Assembly (NCBI RefSeq): GCF_009914755.1
Contig: NC_060932.1
Reading direction: 5' to 3' (one strand)
Length of the DNA stretch: 64,000 nt
Origin: the human T2T-CHM13v2.0 reference genome, Homo sapiens
Every line of letters begins with the position of its first letter. Position 1 is the first letter of the stretch. The position numbers and the translations under genes were made by a program. A model generated the notes under the pieces. It had not been told where the DNA came from, searched no databases, and saw nothing but the letters and a program-made list of their open reading frames with translations. Below are positions 16,034 to 29,551 of this stretch, piece after piece.

Positions 16034-16708
16034 ATGATGAGAAAGCTGAGAATCAGTAAAGTGACTTTCCAAAACAGGTAGTGGGCAGTATAGAGTTGGG
16101 CCATAAATAGCTGCACCATACAACATCCTGCTAGTTTCTAAAGCAAATGATTTGAAAGAGGCATAAAACATAATTTCTGCCCTCAGGTAGCTCATAGTTC
16201 AGTAAAGGAGTTTAGATTCATACCTATAACAGTAGAAGTAATAGCACCAAATGAAATATGGTATTATGAAGTGGTACAAATAATATAAAAAGATGAACAG
16301 TGTTAGTAGTACATGTTTAGAAGGGATTTCTGTGGTGAAAGTCACTAGGCACAGTGCACCTGGAGGACCGATTTCCATTAATTTAGAATGGTTTAAAGTA
16401 AGCTTTTGGAAACTAGGAAGATTACTTTCTGTAATCCTTTCCTAGGCCTTTGATTCTAGAAGGATTGTGTTAAAGGAGTTTTAAATATTTTATACAGTTC
16501 TTAAACATTGTTAAGCTTGAATTAAATCTTTTATTATGTCTGGCCATGGACGTCATTGGATCATTTTCATTTCTTGGGAGGATTAATAAAGCACATTCCT
16601 TCTGTTGGGCCTCCAGTGCGGGGAGGGTGTTGGCCGAGCAGTGGCTGAGAAAACGTTTTTCCCCTGGTGTTTTCAAGAACCCTCTTTATTAGCTAAGTGG
16701 TGAGACAT

Positions 16709-16720
16709 GCCACCTGGTGG
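16709..16720 (-). promoter_or_regulatory. Candidate CTCF site
   Basis: Minus strand CCACCAGGTGGC(A) matches the CTCF core. Confidence 0.45.
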
Positions 16721-17587
16721 TTATAGTAGTATCATTTTTCTCACTGTTCTTGGTGCTTTTCTTCTCCTTCTGATTCCAGTTATACTAGGACAACTGCTAT
16801 AAACCTGGAATGTTTCACACTATATTATTTCAGTAATTTCAAAAACAGCAGAAATCACTAAGCTGTTTGGCACAAAGATTCCTATTTGGAAGGAATCAGA
16901 CAAAGTGAGTGTTGAGAAAGAACAGCCAGGCAGAAAGCTTTGCATCAGTCTTAAAGTTCTTTACATTTCAAGTAAGAGGAATTGTGAAATCCATAAGACA
17001 TGTGGGGTTTTTCTATTACTTTCTCCCCAGTATCTATTACAAAGATCAGCACATAGTAGGTACTCAGTAACTATTTAGAATGAGTGCATGAATGAATGAA
17101 GTATGTGTGATGTTATGGAGTACAAAGTTAGAATTAGCAACATGACCTGAATTTAGAAGCAGGTGGGATACTTATACTTTTCTCAGTCTGTGGGCACCAC
17201 ACCATTGAAGTATATGTCTAAGATTAATTTATATTTGGTTGTTTGATTTAGCAAAACTTGCTGCCTGTTAAAAAAGAAATTAAGACCTGTCAACTTAAAG
17301 AATACATTTTGTGAGTTAAGAACTAAATGACAGTATAATTTATTACCCAAAGCAGTTTGCTTCTGAAAATTAAAGAGTTCAAGCTATTAATAATTATGCT
17401 GTGACTGCAGGCATAAACTGGGAATGTCCTGGCAAATGAGGATGTATTGTCACCTTTCTCAGCCTGCCTGTGTGTTGTTTTTAAGCTTCACTCTAGTTTA
17501 TATATTTTAAATGTCATAAAATACCACATACTTATAAGAGAAAAGGTTCTATTCATTGCTGAAGTGGAAGCTTATCATTAATTTTTA

Positions 17588-18416
17588 TTTATTTATTTAT
17601 TTTTCCAGTTTTGGAATTCTTATTACTTTGAACCCAAGAACCACTGATAACTAGCACAATCCAGTGAAACAGAGGAAGCAGCAGCTTAATCAAAGGAAAA
17701 ATACATTTAAGATTATAAGTCTGGTTATAAGCTTAAAAAGTGACCCAGAAAGGGATATCATTGCTAAAAAAAAAAATCCCCTTGTGACCTGGGTACATTT
17801 TGCAAAGCCACAGGTTTGCAGTGTTACACAAGGGCCAAAGGAGGCCATGAGTTGTCTTTGGTTGTGGGGCCGGAGGGTAACTGTTCATGAAAATAGTGAG
17901 TGTCTGAAGATTAAGAAAATCATGCTGCAGCAGAGGAGAAGGGAGAGGAAGGCAGGAAGGGAAAGGAGATGCCTGAGGGTCAAAAGCTGAGCCCAAGCCT
18001 AAGCCCAAGCTCAAGTTCAAGCCCCAGCATGGCACAATTTTGTGAATTAACTCAGGCTGAGTTGCCTCCAGTCTTTGGAATGTCATCTTATACTGGTACT
18101 GCTGAGGCAGAGGGCAGTAATTGGTTCTTTGGGATAGGAGAAGGGGCAGTTGCTGAAATACAAAATTAATAGTCAGCATCCCAAGTTCCTCAATTGCAGC
18201 CAAAATACATGTGTTCAGGCCTTTCGGCAGTACCGCCCCCAGAACTACCAGCTGTAGTGTGGTCTATTCCCAGACAGCAACATGCAAGAATAAGTTTACA
18301 ATACACTCAGCCCTTGTGGCTTAAGATCAGGGGCTCAGAGGCTGTGACAACTCATGATGCTGAAAATGTATCCAATGAAAACGAAGTACTAGCTCGTTTA
18401 GTAGTAACGAAGTACT
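17588..18416 (-). pseudogene. 5'-truncated retrocopy of an mRNA 3'UTR (parent tentatively recalled as UBE2Z; unverified)
   Basis: Non-repeat, UTR-like sequence ending on the minus strand in AATAAG, about 15 nt, then a decayed A-tail (17582-17604 on +). It is flanked by the direct repeat attaattttta (17577-17587, 18417-18427), with TTTT/AA at the distal copy. Confidence 0.65.
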
Positions 18417-18729
18417 ATTAATTTTTAATATAGTCTGATACTTTATTTTCTAATTGTAGAAGCAACATTCTTAGCTATATCTTTCTAGAATGTTGAGGCA
18501 AAAGAGTAAATTTATAGTGATTTTCACTGTTACCAGATTGCTGGAATAGGGAATTTCTGGTAGCAAGATGGGAATTTTTAAGTTGGAAGGGTCTAACACA
18601 TCATATAGCCGTCTCCATCTCATTTTTTTTGCTGAAAAAACTGAGCCCTTGCAAATGTCAGTTGCAAATCTGGGAGTAGTACTCATGTCTCTGAAGTTGT
18701 TATATAGAATTCTTTTTATTTATTTTAAT

Positions 18730-19000
18730 AACAATATTTATGATAGTTGAAACTTTTTGAGTGCTTACTATATTTTATTTCATGCATTATGTTCAGCACT
18801 TTACATGTTTTATCTCACTTGATATTCACAACTTTATGAGATTGGCACTGTTATTGTAGCCATTTTATAGATGAGGAAACTGAAGCTTAGAGAGTTAAAT
18901 AAAGAGCTCAAAATCTCACATCTAGTAAGTGGCAAAAACAGGATTTCAGCTCAAGCAATCTGATTCCAAAACAGACTTTTTTCACTGTGCTGCCATTCTT
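18730..19000 (-). mobile_element. MIR
   Basis: ccattttatagatgaggaaactgaagcttagagagttaa. Confidence 0.85.
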
Positions 19001-20703
19001 TTGCCTGGTTTTTCTGTTAACTTCTTAAATATATGTCATGTTTCATGCTTACTTCCTCATTTTCATAAATATATTACCTGCTCACTTATACATTATATTG
19101 CTTAGAAACAAACCCAACCCTGTTTTCTTATGGACTGTATCCTGAAAATCACTGTTTTTAATATGTGGTTAAACAAGTGTTTTATTAGTGCATTTATATA
19201 AATTATTTAACCAAAACACTTAACCGGTGAAAGTGCTTTACTGTGAGAGTGAGAATGTGCATGTTCTAAGAACCTCTAATTTTTCAACCTCCCTTATTCT
19301 CAGCCTTATATTTGTTAAAACCTGTGTGTTAACACAGATGCACCCATGTTAGGGGTTAATTAGAGAAACCAACCTCTTTATAGATTAGCTTGTTCATCTT
19401 TAAGTTGCTAGGCAGGCACTGTAAATTCAGAGAACAATCTGATTGTAAGCCACAAATCAATGAAATTAATTTTGGGGTTGCCTTTTAAAATAGTGTCACA
19501 AAATTTAAGGATAAAGAATGCAAAAATGATGCCAATTATCTCATCACATTAGTTTTGATTTAATTTTTTTAATTTGAAAAAACCTACTCTTAAACTTAAT
19601 TGATTTTTTTAAATATAAGTTTGGAGATAATTTTTAATTCAGTAAAGTTATAGTGATTGAAAAAGTAGTTTATAATTTTTAATAAATTGATCTTGTTTTA
19701 ATTTTGAGTCATATTCTAGAAGTGCTTCTTTGCAAATTGGTAAATTGCACATACATTTCCACTTATATACAAGATAATTGCTATGGTTGGTTTGTATAAT
19801 AGATGCAGTGCATCTGAAGAGCTATTTTATGAGAATATTGTTTCTTGTATCTGTCACGAGCCAAAAAGAATATTTTTAAGAAAGTTATATTCTTGGTGAT
19901 AGAACAGCTGATAATTTAGAAACAACTGTAAGACAGTCCACTTTTTCTGATTATGAAATAATACCATAGTTAAGTGTAATTTCCTATAATAGAATAAAAA
20001 CACGAGTTCTAGTTTTAGGGGAGGCATGTTGTTACCGTACCTTAGAATTTCTGGAAGATGACATATTCATGCTTTTCCTGATAACTGCTGAGTCTCCTGC
20101 TCTGTCTGCCAATCCAGTCAAGAAGCCTTTGCTAGCAATCAATTAATAATACGTTTCATTTATACATATTTCCTATATATAGTATGTTATTGATTATCTC
20201 AGTACCACTGAAGAGAGGTTATCTGGGTCATTGGAGCTTTGCTTCTAGATTTGTGAAGCCATAAACCTATATATTTAAAATAGGAGGCCAAAAAAAAACG
20301 ACCATTGCTTTATATAGTTAGATTTTCAGTGAATTGAGAGTTTATCATTTGTAATTATACATTAATCAAATATAAGGCATAATATACCCCCCTGCTTATA
20401 TCAGCACCATTTCAAATGTAATGTTAAAAAATAATAAATGGAGAAGTAGATAGCTAACAAGTAGGCTTAATTTAATAAGACAAAGTAAATGGCATTTGGA
20501 AACCTCATGGATTTAATGTTTTATTTAAATGATTTCTGATTTTTAAAAAGTAAATATTGTATCCAGAAGGCTGAGAAACAAGTTAGTAGGGAGATTTTTT
20601 CTTTGCAAAAAAATTTTACAGTTGTGTCTTTAACATTGTACCACAAACTGTTGTCCTACCAGTCTCTTTGTAAGAAAGCTATAGACATGTTGGGAATGAA
20701 TGA

Positions 20704-20928
<225 letters not shown>

Positions 20929-21140
20929 TAAGGATTTAATGGTTGATGAATTTTGGTAATGATTTCCTTTTTTTTTTTTTAACAACTTATGTATTTTATG
21001 TTATTTACGATTTCCTTCTAATGCATATTTAACATATTTCAAATTCCACCTAGTTTTGGTTCAAGTCAAGCATGATGTTATATAATCAATTCAGTGATTG
21101 AGACTAGTGTATTTTTAAAAGCAGAAACCAATTCTCCTAA

Positions 21141-21395
<255 letters not shown>

Positions 21396-21679
21396 TAAAC
21401 AAGCAAACATAAAATGACTCTTTCATCTGAATTCTGTCTAGTTTACTAATTACATGACTTCAGTCTTAAGGAGCTTAGAAAAGGTCACCTTACAAACACA
21501 GTGGAGCCTGTATTGTGTTCCAAGGACTATTGTAGGCGCTTTCTATATAAAATGATCTAATTTAATCCCTATAACTGCTCAGTAAGTTACGTATTATTTT
21601 CATTTTATTGTTGAGGAAACTGGCATTAGTACTTTTTTCTGTTTATTTTGTTTAAAGGCATTTTAAATATATATGTTAA

Positions 21680-22015
<336 letters not shown>

Positions 22016-22050
22016 AGTTTATAATTTTAAACATTAAAATAAATGCTTCT

Positions 22051-22348
22051 TGTCCAATCATGGTGTCTCACACCCATAATCCCAGCACTTTGGGAGGCAG
22101 ACGTTGGAGAATCACTTGAGGCCAGGAGTTCGAGACCAGCCTGGGCAACATGGTGAATCCCTGTCTCTACAAAAAATACAAAAATTAGCTGGGCATGGTG
22201 GTGCATGCCTGTAGTCCCAGCTATTTGGGAGGCTGAGGTGGGAGGATCATTTGAGCCCAGGATGTTGGGGCTGCAGTGAGCTGAGATCACACCACTGTAC
22301 TCCAGGCTGGATGACAGAGCAAGGCCCCGTTTCAAAAAAAAAAAAAAA
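22051..22348 (+). mobile_element. AluJ
   Basis: Full-length; TSD ending in gcttct. Confidence 0.92.
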
Positions 22349-22720
22349 GCTTCTACCAATACAAACACAAAACAAGCATAGACAAATAGAGTTTAAAGAA
22401 CATCATTGGTGTTTTCCTCTAAAGGGAATATTGATGCTAGGCCAAGAAAATCCTGGAGTTATTCTTGAGGACCTTAAGGAATAATTGAAATGTAGGATTT
22501 GCTCCTGGCTTTCTTGTCCTATATTCAGAATAAAACAAGAATGGATCGAATATATTCTGAGTGTTCTGGCCATTCTAGTGCTCTCTGAAGTGAGTACTCA
22601 CTGTGTTTCACTTCCCTTTCATCCTAAAGAGGAAAAGTTCTTTTGAAGAAGGCTGTTTGTCCTAGGTTAGAGTCTCCACAGTCAGATCATTATCTCCTCC
22701 TAATCTTTGATCCTGTTCAG

Positions 22721-22784
22721 TCTCTATGGTACTTTCCCTTATAATAACACTCTCTATGGCACTTTCCCTTATAATAACACTCTC
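22721..22784. repeat. 30-bp tandem duplication
   Basis: tctctatgg(t/c)actttcccttataataacac twice, 29/30 identical. Confidence 0.95.
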
Positions 22785-24022
22785 CTTTTTAAAGCAGTTT
22801 GCCTTTTTTGTGTGTAATATTGTTCTCCTGGTTTTCTGACGTCCTGGTCCTCTTATAATCCTATGCAAATGTTTCTTTCTGTTTTTCATGTTGACTCTGC
22901 TAATTGAGGTCTTTGTTACTTTTTAGCCGAGACTATTATAATTTCCCCAACAGATATCCCCTCTCCCCAGTGCCCCTTGTTGCTTTCTATGCAGTTTACA
23001 AATTATTGTCTGCAAACACATCCTTAAGTCTGGAATACCTTTCTGGAACTCCTTACTAGGAAATAAAGACCAGACTCAGTGTAACATTCAACAGTATTGA
23101 AGATCTAGGTATTTAATATGAATTTTTTTTTTAAGGAGATCAAGAAAGATTTTTGTACCCATTTTTAATCCTCCAAGAAGACTTAGGATAGCAGGAAACC
23201 ATTGAGAGTCAGAATGCTTTCTACAGATCTTAGGTGAACAGAAACTTTCCTCTTCATGAGCAGTGAGGTAGAGGGTAATTAAGGCTTCAGAGCATTGCCC
23301 GTTATTTCCATCTTCTTCCCTTCCTTTAATTCTGCTAAATTCCTTTAATTTGTTTATCAGTATTCAAGTATTTTTATCCATTGAGCTAAGGTGTTTCTTA
23401 AACTAACCCTATTTTGTTAAAGTCTTAATTATAATATATTCATAGTACATTTAAGTGAGATAGATGAGTCTCTCATATAATTTAGTGGTTAGATTAGATT
23501 AGAATTTTCTCCCCTCAGAAAATTAAGAGGAAATAAAAGTCTGTAGCAAATCACTTGGCAAAATAATGGCTCCTTTTGTAATAGGAATTTTTACTCTTTT
23601 GATTTATCTGTTACATAAGTTCAAATTTTTACATATTTTCCACCTTTTTTAAAAAAGAGTGATATGTAGTCAATATCAATTTGAGCAACACTGTTGCATA
23701 TAAATTGAAAAGGACTCCAATTTTCTAATTCCGTACCTCAGTTGTGATCACTGTTGGTATTTTGGCATTTATGTAGACTTCCTTTCTCTGACCCTACTAC
23801 TGTGCAGATATATAGTTGCAGTTTTTTGTTGTTGTTAAGTTGATACAGAAATAGTTGCATACTATATCCATTATTTATGCAAATTTTTTTTCATTTAAAG
23901 TATCTGCTATCTTTCCATATATTGCATTTTCTTAAATTAGAGCCTTAATATATAGGATATTACAATATCTAGGTTTTGTTGAGTAGTTTTTTCTTCTTTG
24001 AAAACATGTTTTTAAAATAAGA

Positions 24023-24320
24023 TTTTTTTTTTTTTTTTTGACATGGAGTCTTGCTCTGTCGCCCAGGCTGTAATGCAGTGGCGGGATCTTGGCTCGTTGC
24101 AGCCTCTGCCTCCTGGGTTCCAGCGATTCTCCTGCCTCAGCCTCCTGGGTAGCTGGGATTACAGGTGCATGCCACCATGCCCTGCTAATTTTTGTATTTT
24201 TAGTAGAGACGGGGTTTCACCTTGTTGGCCAGGCTGGTCTCGAACTTCTGAGCTCAGGTAATCCGCCCGCCTTGGCATCCCAAAGTGCTGGGATTACAGG
24301 CGTGAGCCACTGTGCTGGCC
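24023..24320 (-). mobile_element. AluS
   Basis: TSD aaaataagattttt. Confidence 0.93.
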
Positions 24321-25429
24321 TTAAAATAAGATTTTTATACACTAAAAGAAAACTTACATTTTTCACTCCATTAAGTAGTTCACTGTGAATTTTTGATATT
24401 GAAGCCCATTTGGTTGCTGTCAAAAATAGATTTGAACAGATTATTCAGTATGACTCTTGTAGTGAAATTATTGCCTTGTTTCCTCTGCTTAAGTTTTCAG
24501 TGGCTTTTGCCACAGTCCTTAAAGGTTTTATAATTTTTTTAATGTTTAATTTTTAAATGTTTGCTTAATATTTCTTAGTATGAGTGTAGATAATGATGAA
24601 CATTTAGATGACTTTTTACTATTATAATGTTGCAGTGAATATTTGTTTACATTTATCTTTTGGCCAATAAGCAAATATTTTTGTAAATTAGAATCCTAAA
24701 ATTGAAATTGGATCAAAAGTTATATGCACTTGAAATTGATTAACTTTTCCTAAATCTAAAATAGTATAGTCTTTTTTATATTGTCAGCATAAATGAATGC
24801 ACTTATGTAAATGAATATTTTTAGGCGTTAAGTAAAATATTCTGTGGAAATTGAACATTTAAGTTGTTTATACTTCTATGGAAATCGTTTACGCTTTTAA
24901 TAAAGAAGCACAAGTTTCTACAAAATACATTCTAACAGATGTTTTCTATAACATTCAGTCTCAAGATTACTAGTAAATACTTCTTTGAACTGTAAAAGCA
25001 ATCTTTCAATATTATAAGAAAGCTCTTGCTTTAGTAAACATTTAGAAACTCAGCTTTATTATCATAAGCAAGAATAAGAACAGTGTAACAAGTTTTATGC
25101 ACACTCCTTTGTAAACCCTCACCAGACTAATTGTTAATCTGGTGCCTTGCATTCCCCAAAGTATTTGTATCTGTCGTTTATAAGTTTTTATCAAGGTTTC
25201 AGCTAAAACAAATAAATTTGTTTCTGGTTTTAGCTTTAATTTGAACTGAAACAGTCAAAACTGAGTTTTGGGGACTTCACACAATTCATTTGGATATTTG
25301 ATTCTCCATAATGTTTTAAATTTTCATGCACTTAAATATATCATTATTTTTGATAGGCTTTCTTCCTTTAGTCTTTTCTTTAGAAGGTAGAAAGGAAGAA
25401 TTAAATAAGATAAAACCAAACGGGTCTGA

Positions 25430-25657
<228 letters not shown>

Positions 25658-25729
25658 TGAGGATCAATCATCATTGCTCTCCGTTGCTCATAGTGGAAGT
25701 GGATATTTCTCAAATGTTTATTTACCAGA

Positions 25730-26260
25730 TCTTTATTGAATACTTTCTTTGTGTTGAACATAAAGCAGTCCCTCTGATAAATGTGGGAGAACAAACTTGC
25801 AGATTAGTATAAATAGCAATCTGTACCTAGTGCTTAGGTGCACAGAGGAGGGAGGAATAGCTCTGTCAAGGTAGTTGTGTAATGGGGGTGGTCCATCCAG
25901 GAAAATTCAATTAGAGTCCAAACATGTAAGTAGAAGTTTTTCAAGTATGCCAGGCCAATAGGTGATGAGGGGAAAGGAATTGGTTATAGAATTCCAGGAA
26001 GAAGGACTAGCAGGTGCAAAGACACTTTGATATGAGAACACATACTGGGTTCAGGAAATGTGACTGGTATGGAATGGTTGGAGGGAAAGACAATGTGGGG
26101 TAGGAATGGCACAAAGTATGGACAAAGAGGCAGGGTGGAACCGTTAGAGACTTGAGAGAACAGTTGAATGGGTCGGTTGGCCAGGTTATAGATGGCTTTA
26201 AAACTTGCAAAGAAGCAGTCTGGGCTTGGTATCATATACCTGTTAGTTTTCACTGACTAC
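25730..26260 (-). mobile_element. L2 fragments
   Basis: attccaggaagaaggactagcaggtgcaaagacac is antisense L2. Confidence 0.55.
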
Positions 26261-29200
26261 TTTAGCCTTAGAATTTTTAGTTTAGATACAATTTTCTGTA
26301 ATAGGTAAAACGGATTAAAGTAGAATAACTCTGGCTGAAGTTAATGTGAGGGAAAAGGAGGTACAAGAGTCTCGTCTCTAGACCTTGAAGACACTCCCTG
26401 TTGGGGTCTTATAATCCTTGGAGTGCCGCAGAATCATTTGAAAACCATCTTGATGTACTACTCTGTGTTTTTAAATAAGATAATAGGATTATAGAAACAT
26501 TAGACTGGCAGCAATAAGTTGGATTGATTTGAAGAAGAGAAACTGAAGAAGGGAAAGGGTATCGATGCAGCTATTGTGAAATTCTACAGTTGAGATTCCT
26601 GACCTGATTGGACTGGCTCAGTGGGTGTCATAGAGGATTTATTTGGGAGGATTTAAGTTCAAGGCACATGAGTAGGTTTAAGTCAACAACTTGACACTGT
26701 CAACATGAAATCCACACTGTAACTATAAGTCCGAGGAAGAGCCCTCTCCTGAAGTTAGGAATTTAACTTCAGCTCTTGCATTTTCTGTCCCACCGGTCAT
26801 CCATTTCTTCTCTATCCATCTCCTTTTCTGATATCTAGTTGTTATCAGTGTTGTTGAAAAGCTTAAGTATGATTCATATTCACTGTCTATAAAGTTCACT
26901 ACACATAGTCATGCTGTAATGCATACCCGCCTGAAAGCATCTGGTCTCTCTTTTCCTTCTTTCCAAAGATAAGAATACCATTCACAGCTGTTTAGAATAG
27001 AAATTTTATCCAAATTCTTCAGTGTTTATATTTTTGTTCTGTTATTTCAGTGTCTTGAATATTGTCAAATGACATTTATTAGCTACTACTGGTACTACTG
27101 AATCTTAATAATCAATCTTCAAGCCATTAACTGACCAATGGTTTCTTCTATCTTAATGTATTAGTAATTATTCATTTAGAGTAAAACATCTCCCAGAACA
27201 TGAAAGAATACAAACTTTATTCATGTTACGTTGTGACAGGAGACTTTGTTGGATGCGCCTGATTTTCCTGCCAATTCACAGCTTCATTAAAACAGTAATG
27301 CTTTGAAATATGGCTTAGGAAACTTCACAATGATCATTAATTACACCTAATTTCTGGAAGAGTATATGCATGTATGTGTTGCGGTATTCTCCCTTGCTGT
27401 GGCAGGATGTCACAAATTTTTATCCACATTATGAAAATTTAAAAATTGATATGGTTTTTTCTCCCTACGTTGATATCAGATATTTTGTTTTATCTGACAG
27501 CTGGCCCAATGTACTCCTACTTTGCCATTATAAAGAATTCAAAAGCTTCATATTTGCATTGAAAGTTCTCAAACACTTTGTAAAGATGATGAAAGTATGT
27601 TTCATCATCTATGTAGAATAGTCAGGTGTTCTTGCAATTGATTACTTGCTACCGAGAATTGAATACCTACTGAGTGCATAATGTATAGAATTCTAGATAT
27701 TCACTTTTGTGTGTTTTTACAGTTGTTATATACCTTAGTGTGGCTCTAAAAGTGGAGGTGACAGCTGTAGCTCTTAATGTCTTACACTGAGTGATGTTTA
27801 GAATCTTAAATTTTCTTTTATAATTTTAGAAAAAAGTATACTTTTCTTTCTTATTTTTATAACCAGATCCAAACACATTTGCATGTAGATAGGCATTTTT
27901 AGTCTTGAACATTCATTTTTACTTTTAATCCTCACTTTTATTAGTTTCGTATCTTTTTGTATTTCATTTCCCCTTTCAAGATGCCTTGAGTCCTTTCTTT
28001 TTAGGAATGATGTTGTGAATAAATTATTTGATAAAATGTCTTTACACCTGAGAGTTTATAAGGATAGTTTGAAAATCATGTCTGTAAAATAGGTTGATCT
28101 CACCTAAAAATAATACCATATAATTAAAATTAGAATTATTATTGTGTTGCTTATTGACTCTTACATATATCAAAAAATTGCTGAGTCTTATTCAGCCAGA
28201 GCTTTTACTTAGTATGATATTCATTCCTATATTTACTTTTTTCTCACCTTTCTCATACTTTCTTTTACTCACTCAGCATTTTCCTCCTTTCCTCCCTCCT
28301 TTCTTTTCTTCTTTCCTTCTTTTCTCTTCCTTTCGTATTCCTGGTCCATCTTAGCATGTAATCTTTCTTTATGAAATGGCATGCAGATAGGTCTACTGTT
28401 CTTACAGTAAAAAACTTCAAGGCCTCATGTCTTTCCCACTTCTGTTTCCCATTCACAACCTTTTTAGCTGATTCTTTTGGTACTTTACCACTATATCTTG
28501 CCATAGTTTATGTACCTGGCTCCTACTTAATTTTTTGTTTATTTGTGTATTAGTCGTAGGCATTATTTATCGACTCTTCTCTCTGAAAGATGAAAGGTTA
28601 GCTCTCTTTCACATTCTTAACTGCCCTTTTTTCTTACCTTGTCCATGTATTTCTAACCCCCTTTCCTCCTAATATGTTTATGTCATAATTTTGGCTAGAT
28701 TAGTGTATACGATTTACATAATTATTACTCTGTAAATGCTTTTTATGATCTCTGAGCCATGTAGTATATTATGGCTATTTTTCTTTCTTATCTATTTGTA
28801 TTTTTATTGTTATTACCTAAAAAAAAATTTTCTATGTCTTATCACTAATTCTTCCCTAAAATTTCCCACAATTGTGTAAACTTACCTCAGTATATTCATA
28901 GATATGAGACATTCTATCAATTTTACCCTCTTAAAGATGCAGAGATAATGCATTATGTTTCATCCCACCATCTTTAATGAGAAGCTTCCATCTTAGATTA
29001 ATATTAGAGAATGTTAAAATACTCTGCAATCAGGTAAGGACGCTTGAAACTTCATTATAATGCAAAAGTTTTCTTTAACACAATAAATATTTTGAACCCC
29101 TTTTGTGTCTTGTATTCATAGGAGTTCAGATAGACCACTTTATTTACTATTTTTTATAGAGAGTGAACAGAAATCCCATTTCTAGTCACCAGTCCTTAAT

Positions 29201-29332
29201 CTGTAAATCAGGCAGATAATCTGTAAATGATTGGTTGAAATCACATTGAATTCCACTTTGTGCCAGGGACTTAAGTTAACGAACAAATTATTCTTACAAA
29301 AAGGTGTAAATGTAAGGTTTTCATTCTGCTAA

Positions 29333-29551
<219 letters not shown>

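Noticed and set aside
17987-18025. 6-bp periodic aagccc/aagctc repeat
   Set aside because: Short, degenerate and inside the retrocopy, so probably inherited from the parent UTR.
17733-18203. 156-aa minus-strand ORF, the longest in the track
   Set aside because: It has a non-ATG start, no recognisable domain, and lies in UTR-derived retrocopy sequence; best explained as chance.
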